NCBI GenBank assembly: GCA_024275015.1
Contig: JAJRZW010000047.1
Span: 36,328-100,327 of the forward strand
DNA length: 64,000 bases
Origin: Deltaproteobacteria bacterium
GTDB taxonomy: Bacteria; Desulfobacterota; Desulfobulbia; Desulfobulbales; JAJRZW01
Reading direction: 5' to 3'
In this document: positions 46,681-55,412 of the stretch, in pieces
Layout: every line of letters begins with the position of its first letter
Numbering within the stretch: position 1 is the first letter of the stretch
Program-made: the position numbers and the translations under genes
The notes under the pieces: model-generated
The model's input: the letters and a program-made list of their open reading frames with translations, nothing else
Told to the model about the DNA's origin: nothing
Database searches by the model: none

Positions 46681-46709
46681 GTGACAATTTTGTCATTTCC
46701 TGCTATATA
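46681..46709 (+). promoter_or_regulatory. candidate sigma-70 promoter overlapping a 14-bp palindrome, upstream of the sigma-54 activator gene
   Basis: GTGACA-17 nt-TATATA. The palindrome TGACAATTTTGTCA spans the -35 region. About 100 nt upstream of ATG 46810. Confidence 0.35.
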
Positions 46710-46809
46710 GTCTAAAAATCAATACAGAATACTTTTCGCGTCGATTTTCACGGCTTAAGCCGCGGATCCTGAATTATTGCAAGACCGTCAACCAAATTAC
46801 ACCCGGCAC

Positions 46810-48351
46810 ATGAACAACAACCAGCTCACCGACATCACCTGCCTCTACGAGATCACCCGGGCCCTGGCCTCGACCATGGATCTGCGCCAGGGGCTTGAAG
46901 AAATCATGGCGGTGCTGGCGGCGAAAAGAGGGATGGAAAACGGTACCGTGACCATCATCAACCCGGTCTCGGGCCATCTTGAAATCGAGGTCGCCCACGG
47001 GATGACCAAGACGGCGAGGGAACGGGGCAAATACAAGATCGGCGAGGGAATCACCGGCAGAGTGGTCGCGGCCGGGACCCCGATCGTGGTGCCGCGAATC
47101 AGTGACGAACCCCTGTTTTTAAACCGCACCGGCAGCCGCGGCAAGGTCCGCGGCCGCGAACTCTCGTTTATCTGCGTGCCGATCAAACGCGATAACGATA
47201 CCATCGGCGCCCTGAGTGTTGACCGCGACTACCGCAAAAACCTGAACTTTGACGACGACCTCCAGTTCCTCACCGTGGTCAGTGGCCTGATCGCCCAGTC
47301 AGTCACCCGGATTCAGGCGATCAACGAAGAACACCGCCGCCTGGAACAGGAAAATTCCATGCTCAGGCGCGAGCTTTCCGGCAAATACCAATTCGATAAC
47401 ATCATCAGCGGTTCAAGCCGGATGCAGGAGGTATTTGAGATGATGAGCCGGGTGGCCGAGGCCGGGGCCACTGTTCTTCTCCGCGGTGAATCCGGCACCG
47501 GCAAGACCCTGATTGCCAAGGCCATCCACTATAACTCCGGGCGGCGGGAAGCACCGTTTGTCGCGGTCAACTGCTCGGCCCTGCCAGAAACCCTGATTGA
47601 ATCCGAACTCTTCGGCCATGAAAAAGGGGCCTTTACCGGGGCCCACGTCGCCAAGGCCGGGCGTTTTGAACAGGCCGAGGGCGGCACCCTGTTTTTAGAC
47701 GAAATCGGTGAGCTTTCCCCATCGGTACAGGTAAAGCTGTTGAACGTGGTCCAGGATCGGGAGTTCCAGCGTCTCGGCAGCGGCAAGACGATCAAATGCG
47801 ATGTGCGCCTGGTGACCGCGACCAATAAAGACCTGGAAAGCGCGGTGGCTACCGGCACCTTTCGCGAGGACCTCTATTATCGCTTAAACGTCTTTCCCAT
47901 ATTTCTTCCCCCGTTACGGGAACGCAAGACCGACATCCTCCTCCTGGCCGAGCATTTTCTCGAAAAATACAATCGCGACAACGACAGGGAGTTCAGAAGG
48001 ATATCGACCCCGGCCATTGATCTCCTGATGCAGTATCACTGGCCCGGCAATGTCCGGGAGCTTGAAAACTGTATCGAGCGGGCGGTACTCATCTGTGACG
48101 ACGATTCGATCAAGAGCTACCACCTGCCGCCAAGCCTGCAGGTGTCGGACGCCACCGACCAGGGCGACATATCCTTTAACCAGGCGGTGGAAAATTTTGA
48201 GCGCGAAATCATCATCGACGCCCTCAAGGCCAGCGGCGGTAACCAGACCCGGGCGGCGAAGAGTCTTAAATCAAGTCTGCGGATCATTAATTACAAGGTA
48301 AAAAAATACGGCATCGATCCCCGCAATTACCGCGGCCGAAAGGGACAATGA
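46810..48351 (+). CDS. sigma-54-dependent transcriptional activator (GAF-AAA+-Fis HTH, NifA-like architecture)
   Basis: GESGTGKT, GAFTGA, and C-terminal NQTRAAKSLKSSLRIINYKVKKYGI. Confidence 0.92.
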   Translation: MNNNQLTDITCLYEITRALASTMDLRQGLEEIMAVLAAKRGMENGTVTIINPVSGHLEIEVAHGMTKTARERGKYKIGEGITGRVVAAGTPIVVPRISDEPLFLNRTGSRGKVRGRELSFICVPIKRDNDTIGALSVDRDYRKNLNFDDDLQFLTVVSGLIAQSVTRIQAINEEHRRLEQENSMLRRELSGKYQFDNIISGSSRMQEVFEMMSRVAEAGATVLLRGESGTGKTLIAKAIHYNSGRREAPFVAVNCSALPETLIESELFGHEKGAFTGAHVAKAGRFEQAEGGTLFLDEIGELSPSVQVKLLNVVQDREFQRLGSGKTIKCDVRLVTATNKDLESAVATGTFREDLYYRLNVFPIFLPPLRERKTDILLLAEHFLEKYNRDNDREFRRISTPAIDLLMQYHWPGNVRELENCIERAVLICDDDSIKSYHLPPSLQVSDATDQGDISFNQAVENFEREIIIDALKASGGNQTRAAKSLKSSLRIINYKVKKYGIDPRNYRGRKGQ

Positions 48352-48962
48352 AAAAAATTCTTCTCCACGCCTGCTGCGGCCCCTGCACCACCGCGCCGCT
48401 TCCGGCGCTCAGGGCCGAGGGAATCGAGCCGGTGGCCTTTTTCCATAACCCCAATATCCATCCCTTCCGGGAATTTCGCCGTCGCCTTAACGCCTTTGTT
48501 GATTTTGCCGCCCGGGGAAAAATGGCGATCGAGATCGACCGAGAATACGGACTGGTTGAATACCTGCGCAAGGTGGTGGGGCGGGAAGGGAAACGCTGCC
48601 GCCTCTGCTATGAAATGCGCCTCACCGCCACCGCCGTCAGGGCGAAAGAGCTGGGGCTCGACACCATCTCCACCACCTTATTGTACAGCCGCTACCAGAA
48701 ACACGAATTGATCCGCCGCGCAGGTGAAGAGATCGCCGCCGCCCACGGCCTTTGCTTTCTCTACCGTGACTGGCGTGAACTGTGGCAGGAGGGGATAGAG
48801 CGCGCCATTACCATGAACCTGTACCGTCAGCCATATTGCGGCTGTATCTACAGCGAGCAGGAACGCTATGACAAAAAACTCAGGCGCCGACTGGCGGCCG
48901 AAAGGCGTCAGTCGGCCGCAACCACGGAGGCCCCGGCAGCGGAAAACGCGGCCAGAATCTGA
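48348..48962 (+). CDS. queH: epoxyqueuosine reductase QueH (DUF208)
   Basis: HACCGPC, CRLCY and PYCGCIYSE cysteine motifs. The start overlaps the activator's stop (ATGA). Confidence 0.88.
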   Translation: MKKILLHACCGPCTTAPLPALRAEGIEPVAFFHNPNIHPFREFRRRLNAFVDFAARGKMAIEIDREYGLVEYLRKVVGREGKRCRLCYEMRLTATAVRAKELGLDTISTTLLYSRYQKHELIRRAGEEIAAAHGLCFLYRDWRELWQEGIERAITMNLYRQPYCGCIYSEQERYDKKLRRRLAAERRQSAATTEAPAAENAARI

Positions 48963-49582
48963 CCGGCCTCGACCGCGGGCCTGGTACCGGGATAAGTATC
49001 AATCAAGCCGCGAAGCCGACGCCTTGCCTCGGATCCGCGGCCGGTACGCTGATAAAATTTCGCCACATAGAGTTCATGGCCGGCAAGAATCTCCCGGGCC
49101 CGGGACGCGATGACTGCCGCCGCCTTACGATAGGGGGAACGGGGGAAATTTTTCTGCAGCCGCGCCACCTGCATCAGCACCTCCCGGGCTCCGGCCATGT
49201 CGCGGTCAACGGTATCAATACGTTTGGCATGGCAACGGATTATCTGGAAGACCACATAGGGAATAACCTCGTTGGCCGGGTGTTCCTTCTCAAAGGTCTC
49301 ATAGCCGCTTCTGGCTTCACTGAACTCGCCTAAATAATAATGACAGTCGGCAATCTTGAGCTCGGCGAGGATACTGTACTGACTGAAAGGATAATTATCG
49401 CGGACCTTCTTGAACTTCTGCAAAGCCTTAAAATAATTGCCCTCATGAAAACTGCTGAGCGCGTCCTTGGCCATGACATCGCCGCTAGGCACCGGTTTTT
49501 TCACCGAGGCGCAGCCGACAGCGGCGATCAAGAGCAGACAAAGAAGCGACAGGAGACGGATCTTATTGGTGATGGTCCTCAC
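48908..49582 (-). CDS. bamD: outer-membrane assembly lipoprotein BamD-like (TPR)
   Basis: Lipobox LLIAAVGC and BamD-like TPR sequence (ADCHYYLGEFSEA...). The 3' end overlaps queH by 55 nt (convergent). Confidence 0.75.
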   Translation of the reverse strand: MRTITNKIRLLSLLCLLLIAAVGCASVKKPVPSGDVMAKDALSSFHEGNYFKALQKFKKVRDNYPFSQYSILAELKIADCHYYLGEFSEARSGYETFEKEHPANEVIPYVVFQIIRCHAKRIDTVDRDMAGAREVLMQVARLQKNFPRSPYRKAAAVIASRAREILAGHELYVAKFYQRTGRGSEARRRLRGLIDTYPGTRPAVEAGQILAAFSAAGASVVAAD

Positions 49583-50511
49583 TTTGCCCTCCGGCTGAGA
49601 TAATGCTCGGCCGCCATCTCCGCCACCGCCCCTTCTCCGGCGCCGTTTATCACCTGCCGGACCTCCTTGTTGCGGATATCCCCGGCAGCCATGACCCCGG
49701 GGATATTGGTCCGCATCTCGGCGTCGGTGTTGATAAAACCATCAACCAGCTCAATGCAGTCGGGGAGCATCTCGTTATTGGGAATGGTGCCGATAAGGAC
49801 AAAAACGCCGCTGAGCGTGAGTTCACTCTTTGCACCACTTTTTACATTCTCAAGGACAAGACCCGAGACCCCGGAATCGTCACTCTTTATCTCTTGCACC
49901 ACCGTGTCCCAGATGATGTTGATCCCGGGATTGGCCATGGCCTGTTCCTGGACGATTCTGGTCGCCCGGAGCTCGTCGCGGCGATGGATGAGATTGACTT
50001 TTTTCGCGAATTTGGTCAGGTAGACCGCCTCCTGGACCGCGGTATTGCCGCCGCCGATCACCGCGATTTCCTGATCGCGGAAAAAGGGGCCGTCACAGGT
50101 GGCGCAATAGGAGACCCCGCGGCCGGTGAGCTCCTTTTCCCCGGGGACCCCTAAGGTATTGGGGCGGGCGCCGGTGGCGATGATCAGGGAATCACAGCTG
50201 ATCTCACCGCCGGCGGCAAGGATAAGTTTCCGGGGCTCGGATTCAAGGTCGACCCCGGTGACCTCTACCCCGGAACGAATCTCAAGGCCAAAGCGTTTGG
50301 CCTGGGCGGTCATTTTTTCACAGAGATCAAAGCCGGAAAGGCCTTCGGGAAAACCGGGATAATTATCGATCCAGTCGGTGACCATCACCTGACCGCCGGG
50401 CATCCCCTTTTCAAGCATGACGCAATCGAGCTTGGCGCGGGAAGCATAAAGCCCGGCAGTAAGCCCGGCCGGACCGCCGCCAAGGATAACAAGCTGACGA
50501 TGTTCAGCCAT
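49579..50511 (-). CDS. trxB: thioredoxin reductase
   Basis: GGGPAG, redox-active CATCDG, and GGGNTA. ATG at 50511 with a GAGGTG RBS. Confidence 0.95.
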   Translation of the reverse strand: MAEHRQLVILGGGPAGLTAGLYASRAKLDCVMLEKGMPGGQVMVTDWIDNYPGFPEGLSGFDLCEKMTAQAKRFGLEIRSGVEVTGVDLESEPRKLILAAGGEISCDSLIIATGARPNTLGVPGEKELTGRGVSYCATCDGPFFRDQEIAVIGGGNTAVQEAVYLTKFAKKVNLIHRRDELRATRIVQEQAMANPGINIIWDTVVQEIKSDDSGVSGLVLENVKSGAKSELTLSGVFVLIGTIPNNEMLPDCIELVDGFINTDAEMRTNIPGVMAAGDIRNKEVRQVINGAGEGAVAEMAAEHYLSRRAK

Positions 50512-50524
50512 TTTGCACCTCATT

Positions 50525-50553
50525 AAAAAAACACGGCCCCGGAAACCGGGACC
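50525..50553 (-). terminator. hairpin + T7 run between trxA and trxB (intercistronic terminator/attenuator)
   Basis: Minus strand: GGTCCCGG-TTT-CCGGGGCC then GTGTTTTTTT, 13 nt before the trxB ATG and its GAGGTG RBS. Confidence 0.5.
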
Positions 50554-50611
50554 GAGACGTAGCTATATTATTAAACAGGGCCAGACACTATCTAAATTAA
50601 CTCCGCCGCTA

Positions 50612-50929
50612 CTACAGGGCCTTGTCAATCAGGGCGGCTATCTGGGCCTTGCCCACGGCGCCGGTGACTTGATCCACCGCCTTGCCACCCCTAAAAACGA
50701 TGAGAGTGGGAATGGCGCGGATGCCGAATTTACCCGGGGTGGCGGGGTTCTCGTCCACGTTCATCTTGGCCACCACCGCCTTGCCGTCATATTCGCCGGC
50801 CAGTTCCTCGACCACCGGGCCGATAGCCTTGCAGGGGCCGCACCAGGGGGCCCAGAAATCAACCAGCACCGGGGTATCGCCGCTGATGGCGGAATCAAAA
50901 TCACTATCGGTTAAATTGGTTACAGACAT
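50612..50929 (-). CDS. trxA: thioredoxin
   Basis: 105 aa with the WCGPC active site. Confidence 0.95.
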   Translation of the reverse strand: MSVTNLTDSDFDSAISGDTPVLVDFWAPWCGPCKAIGPVVEELAGEYDGKAVVAKMNVDENPATPGKFGIRAIPTLIVFRGGKAVDQVTGAVGKAQIAALIDKAL

Positions 50930-51134
50930 GGTTCCTGTCTCCTTAGAATTTTATAATTTTCCGTACAATCGCCGAGGCGAACCAGTTGACGCCACGGCAG
51001 TAAATTCATCGATAATCTTACCGACCGGGGCAGGGCTTTACAAGGTTATTTTCCTTAAATCGGTAACGGCATTCAGGAAGAATCGGTGCGATTACCTGTG
51101 GCCATACGGGTTTATCCGTCGCACCCGCACTGAT

Positions 51135-51695
51135 TCAGGTTTTGTCCCGCGTTTTAACAGACCGCTGCAAAAGCCGGGGCAGGATCAGAGATTCCGACTT
51201 CAGACCGGCAATAAGTTCGCCGCCGTTGGCAATCGGCAGCCGGTCAAGGTATTTTTCCAGCACCGGCCAGGCCCGGGCCGCCATCCGTCGCGCCCCCTTT
51301 TCATTGCCCCCGGCCCGGTGAACCTGACCTCCGGCGGCGCGGATCATCGCCTGCATGATATCCCTTTCCGCCCCCAGGGCCTCCCGCCAGGCGTCTTCCA
51401 CTATCTCATGGACCTCGAAAAACAACCCGTGGTTCCACAGGGCGATGGCGATATCCCATACGCCGGTCAACGCGGCCCGGTCGTTCAGCAACCGGGCAAG
51501 GACCTCGTCGCGATCGGCAAGGTATCGCCGCTGCGCCGGATCAGGATCAAGTCGATCAAGAATGACGGCTTCAGCGGCAAAGGGACCGGGATCGCCGGTC
51601 AGCAGAGAAGCCACCAGGGCCGTCGACAGCCGGTTGCGCAAATCCCGATGGCGACGGTTGTTATAGGGATCGAATGGGGTTTCAGTCTCAGACAT
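51135..51695 (-). CDS. DUF309 domain protein
   Basis: ALWNHGLFFEVHEIVEDAWRE matches the DUF309 signature helix pair. Confidence 0.7.
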   Translation of the reverse strand: MSETETPFDPYNNRRHRDLRNRLSTALVASLLTGDPGPFAAEAVILDRLDPDPAQRRYLADRDEVLARLLNDRAALTGVWDIAIALWNHGLFFEVHEIVEDAWREALGAERDIMQAMIRAAGGQVHRAGGNEKGARRMAARAWPVLEKYLDRLPIANGGELIAGLKSESLILPRLLQRSVKTRDKT

Positions 51696-52527
51696 GTTCT
51701 TCGTGACCGATACGACCGCGCAGCAGGATTATCCCACCGGCAAAAATCAGCGCCCCGCCCAGCCAGACCAGAGACGACGGCGCCTCGCCCCAGAAAAAAT
51801 ATCCGTAAAGCACCGAAAGGACAAGGGAAGAATAACTCGCCGCCGCAACTGCCGGGGCCCGGTCGCGGCGATAGGCGTTGGTCATCAGAATCTGGCCGCT
51901 GGTGGCCAGGAGGGCGATGGCGCCAAGCGAAAGCCATTGCCCGGCGGTCATCGGACGATAGGCAAAAAAACCCGGGATCAGGGTGACAAATCCGGTGACA
52001 AGGGTAAAATTGGCCACGATCACCAGGGGGGCGTCGGTACGATTGAGACGGCGGACCATGAGATGGGCCCCGGCCGAGGCGAGGGCGGAAAAAAGAGCGG
52101 CCACCGCGCCCGGCCCCCATATCCCGGCGGGATTGAGGATAACCATAACCCCGGCAAGACCGCAGCCGATAGCGGCCCAGGCCGACTTAGGGGTCTTCTC
52201 GCCGATGATAAGCGGCGCCAACAGGGCGATAAACACCGGCTGCACCCGGCCGATAAACACACAACCGGCAAGTTCCATGTGGGTCAGGGCGTAAAAAAAA
52301 CCGAACATCGCGCTCATCCCGAGAACGGTACGCAGCAGCAGGACCTTTTTCGCCCGCACCATAAGTGGTTTACCCTGCAGGGCAAGGATGGCAAAGAGCA
52401 CCGGCGCCGCGATAAGACAACGCAGGCTGACCATCTGCACCAGGGGTACTTTGCTGCCAAGGCTTTTTACCAGGGCCGCCATGGTGGCAAAACTGGCCGA
52501 GGCCAGAAGCATGAACACAATCGCCAT
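51688..52527 (-). CDS. DMT-superfamily (EamA) transporter
   Basis: 279 aa with ten TM segments and two EamA-like halves. Confidence 0.85.
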   Translation of the reverse strand: MAIVFMLLASASFATMAALVKSLGSKVPLVQMVSLRCLIAAPVLFAILALQGKPLMVRAKKVLLLRTVLGMSAMFGFFYALTHMELAGCVFIGRVQPVFIALLAPLIIGEKTPKSAWAAIGCGLAGVMVILNPAGIWGPGAVAALFSALASAGAHLMVRRLNRTDAPLVIVANFTLVTGFVTLIPGFFAYRPMTAGQWLSLGAIALLATSGQILMTNAYRRDRAPAVAAASYSSLVLSVLYGYFFWGEAPSSLVWLGGALIFAGGIILLRGRIGHEEHV

Positions 52528-52546
52528 TTTTTACCGGAGTCTGTTG

Positions 52547-52936
52547 ATGAAAGAGGAAGAAAAAGAAGAACTGCGCAAGGTTATAGCCGATTTTCTCGAA
52601 CTCGGCCATGTGGATAATATCGCCGCCATGTTCCGCCAAAACCGGGAACTGTACCAATTGACCGGCGTCCTCCTCCGCGACGAACGCTTTGCCGTCCGTC
52701 TCGGGGTGGCGGTGCTGTTTGAGATCATGGCTGAAGAGCGGCCCGAAGAGACGCAGGACGCCATCCCCCATCTCGCCCCGCTGCTTTTTGAACAAACCCC
52801 GTACATCCGCGGCGAGGCCGTAAACGTCCTCGGAATCATCGGCTCAGAGGCGGCCCTTGACCTCCTCCGCGCTCACACATACGATCCCGATCCCCAGGTA
52901 CGGGAGATCATCGCCGATTTCATCCCGGACGGTTAA
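52547..52936 (+). CDS. HEAT-repeat protein
   Basis: 129 aa from ATG 52547 with HEAT-like repeats (RGEAVNVLGIIGSEAALDLL...DPDPQVRE). Confidence 0.65.
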   Translation: MKEEEKEELRKVIADFLELGHVDNIAAMFRQNRELYQLTGVLLRDERFAVRLGVAVLFEIMAEERPEETQDAIPHLAPLLFEQTPYIRGEAVNVLGIIGSEAALDLLRAHTYDPDPQVREIIADFIPDG

Positions 52937-52992
52937 ATCTGCTACCTGATCAATTTGTTGCCCGCGCGCGTCAGACCCGTGACAAAGTTTTA

Positions 52993-54246
52993 TCAACTCC
53001 GGCTGGAATCATATCCGGACAACTCCCTGAACCCTTCAAAACACCAGCGAACCGCCTCAATATCAGCCCGGCCAACGCGGCATTCCCGCAATGTCTTTTC
53101 CCATCCGCTCGTAACCGCGGCAACTTCAGCGATAATATCGGCAGCCTGTTCACGGCTCAGGTTAAATTCCTGGTGCTGACTGTAAATATTATCCAGGGTC
53201 GCGGTTGTCCCCTTAAGGCCGATGTTCAGGGAAAGAGAAAAATTCGAGGCGGTTTTGTGGGCCGGTATCGGCAGGACATCGTACAGCGGCGAAAGATGCC
53301 AGGCCTTGTCCCGGTAAATAAAACCATGATTACCCAGGTGGTCGTCCCGGTTGCTGATAAAGATGTTGAATACCATCCGCCTGAAAAGTTCGTGAAGATC
53401 ACGGCTGACGTGCTTGACAAATTTTCTCATCTGCCGGGCGATTTCCACATAAGAGCCTTTTTCAAGCTCTTCCAGGTCAAGATTGCTCAAGGCATGGGCG
53501 CTCATGAACGGGAGCCGTTTCCGTTGCCGGCGGTCAAATCTCCTGATCAGGTAAACGCAATTACCAGCTATCTCTTCCAGTTTGATTTCCGGCACGTTCA
53601 TACCGGCCTGTTTTGCCATCCGCATGGCGCCATACTCAATCCGGGGGAATACGACCGGAGTCTGTTGATTGGCAAATTTGGCAATCCATTCATGACCATT
53701 ACAGATAACCGGGCATTTGGGCTGGGCCCCACCCAGAGAGGTCCCCTGCTCCAGCAGGCAAAGGACATCAGCGGGGAGCTTTTCGTCCGCCATTACCCGG
53801 GCAAAAACCTCCGCCACCCGGTGAAGGCCGTTAAACAGCAGCGGGGTTTCCCGCCGGGTGACCGGCCGCTCCGGGGTAGAGCCGAGGGAGATCGCGCCGA
53901 CGGCGCTGGTGGAGACGTAATCAAACAACTCGTATGTCCGCAGGGAACCAAAGGGGACGCTGAGGCACTTTGCCAGCAGATATTTTCCCCACGAATCCGG
54001 CAGGATATCGCCAAGGATACCGAATATGCCGCTGTTCTTTCTGGTGACGTATTCTCGCTCTGACAGGGGCAGATTAACCGGGTCAAGGGCGATGGCATCG
54101 GGCCTTTGCAGATAGCGACGGCCGTAAGAGAACCTGCCGACGCCGGTATCGATATCCAGGCTGAACATCCCGGCGGCAACCGGAGATTCGGCCTCCGGCA
54201 GGTCGATAAAGATAATCCTTTCGAATATGTCCGGTTCAGAAATCAA
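52993..54246 (-). CDS. hipA: HipA-family serine/threonine kinase toxin
   Basis: 417 aa with SLGGAQPK, NRDDHLGNHGF and SPLYDVLP motifs. The apparent TTG start overlaps the hipB stop by 11 nt. Confidence 0.88.
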   Translation of the reverse strand: MISEPDIFERIIFIDLPEAESPVAAGMFSLDIDTGVGRFSYGRRYLQRPDAIALDPVNLPLSEREYVTRKNSGIFGILGDILPDSWGKYLLAKCLSVPFGSLRTYELFDYVSTSAVGAISLGSTPERPVTRRETPLLFNGLHRVAEVFARVMADEKLPADVLCLLEQGTSLGGAQPKCPVICNGHEWIAKFANQQTPVVFPRIEYGAMRMAKQAGMNVPEIKLEEIAGNCVYLIRRFDRRQRKRLPFMSAHALSNLDLEELEKGSYVEIARQMRKFVKHVSRDLHELFRRMVFNIFISNRDDHLGNHGFIYRDKAWHLSPLYDVLPIPAHKTASNFSLSLNIGLKGTTATLDNIYSQHQEFNLSREQAADIIAEVAAVTSGWEKTLRECRVGRADIEAVRWCFEGFRELSGYDSSRS

Positions 54247-54559
54247 GGCGCCGGTCCATTTTCTTCCGTATCCGTTGCGGCAGACGCTGTTTTTCCAGGG
54301 TCATGCCGATAACATCCGCCTCTGGATCGGCGAAACGAACACTGTCTGTGAGCTGAAAGACCTCCGCAATCGTGAGATATATTCCGAATTTTACCGAAGG
54401 TTCACCGGTCTCGACTCTTTTAATGGTGGCCACGGACACCCCAGCCATTTCAGCGACCTAAGCCATGGTTTTCCGACGGCGTTTCCTGGCCAGGCGAAGA
54501 TTACGGCCGATCTGCATAATAAAAAGTCTTGTCTTGTCTGACGGGACGAAGTGGCTCAT
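54236..54559 (-). pseudogene. hipB: HipB-like XRE-family HTH antitoxin interrupted by an in-frame TAG
   Basis: The minus-strand frame reads M(S..)MQIGRNLRLARKRRRKTMA*VAEMAGVSVATIKRVETGEP.... The TAG at 54458-54460 falls between helix 1 and helix 2 of the HTH. Only the 70-aa downstream part is an open ORF. Confidence 0.75.
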
Positions 54560-54641
54560 ATTTTAACCATTACTTGCAATTAATAGTTGTTTAATGATAC
54601 TTTTTGTCGTGATAGCCGTCAAGTATGATAAAGTCGTAACA

Positions 54642-54797
54642 ATAACAGTCCGTTGAAAAACGTACTGGTCGCGGCGCATGGACGTGCCGCCGATTTTGCC
54701 GGGTTGAAAACCCCTGTGAAATCGAGAGGTTGGCCGGAACTTGTTTTGGTCAACCGGAGTTGAAAAAGCCATGGACGGCTTTTTCAACGGTCTGATA
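54642..54797 (-). repeat. HCE copy (156 bp, inverted)
   Basis: The reverse complement aligns along its whole length with 42181-42337. Confidence 0.85.
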
Positions 54798-54874
54798 ACC
54801 GTTACCCTGAGAGTGCTGGTTTCAATGGCGGCGCACAAGAGGCATTCCACGGCGCGGGAAAGACGGCGCCGGGA

Positions 54875-54890
54875 CGTCACGGATTCAGGA
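54875..54890. repeat. MITE-D terminal repeat adjoining the inverted HCE copy
   Basis: CGTCACGGATTCAGGA. The segment 54798-54874 corresponds in position, though not clearly in sequence, to the left arm of 42090-42180. Confidence 0.6.
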
Positions 54891-54927
54891 TCTTGAAAAT
54901 ACGTTAAAATAGGGAGATTGAAAAACC

Positions 54928-55389
54928 ATGAAAGATGAGACCAAAATCACCCACGCCGAGGAAATACCCAGCGAACATGATGACCCGTTGATTCAGTTCC
55001 TTCATCAAACCATAAGATTTGCGGTAAAAATTCTTGCGATCCTTATGGTACTGGTGATTATCTGGGGAATCGGCGACGTGGGCTATGTCCTTTTCAACAG
55101 ACTGATGGCGCCGCCATTGTTTCTGTTGAATATTTCCGATATTCTGGCAACATTTGGAGCATTTTTAGCGGTTCTCATCGCAATCGAGATTTTCATAAAT
55201 ATAACGCTATATATAAGAAGTGATGTATTGCCAATCAAACTTGTGGTTGCGACGGCGCTGATGGCCATATCCCGAAAGGTAATTATCTTTGACTTTAAAG
55301 AATTGTCTCCCTTGTATATATTCGCAACAGCTGCTGTTGTACTGGCTCTTGGAATCACATACTGGTTAATATCATTTAATAAAAAATAA
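54928..55389 (+). CDS. psiE: PsiE-family (phosphate-starvation-inducible E-like) membrane protein
   Basis: 153 aa with four TM segments and PsiE-like sequence. GC content is clearly lower than in neighbouring genes. Confidence 0.72.
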   Translation: MKDETKITHAEEIPSEHDDPLIQFLHQTIRFAVKILAILMVLVIIWGIGDVGYVLFNRLMAPPLFLLNISDILATFGAFLAVLIAIEIFINITLYIRSDVLPIKLVVATALMAISRKVIIFDFKELSPLYIFATAAVVLALGITYWLISFNKK

Positions 55390-55412
55390 CCGGTATCTTG
55401 AAAAATGGAAAA

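Noticed and set aside
54458-54460. The in-frame TAG in hipB as a pyrrolysine codon
   Set aside because: No pyl genes are in the window, and an XRE antitoxin is not a known Pyl protein. A nonsense mutation or sequencing error is far more likely. This is kept only as something to exclude.
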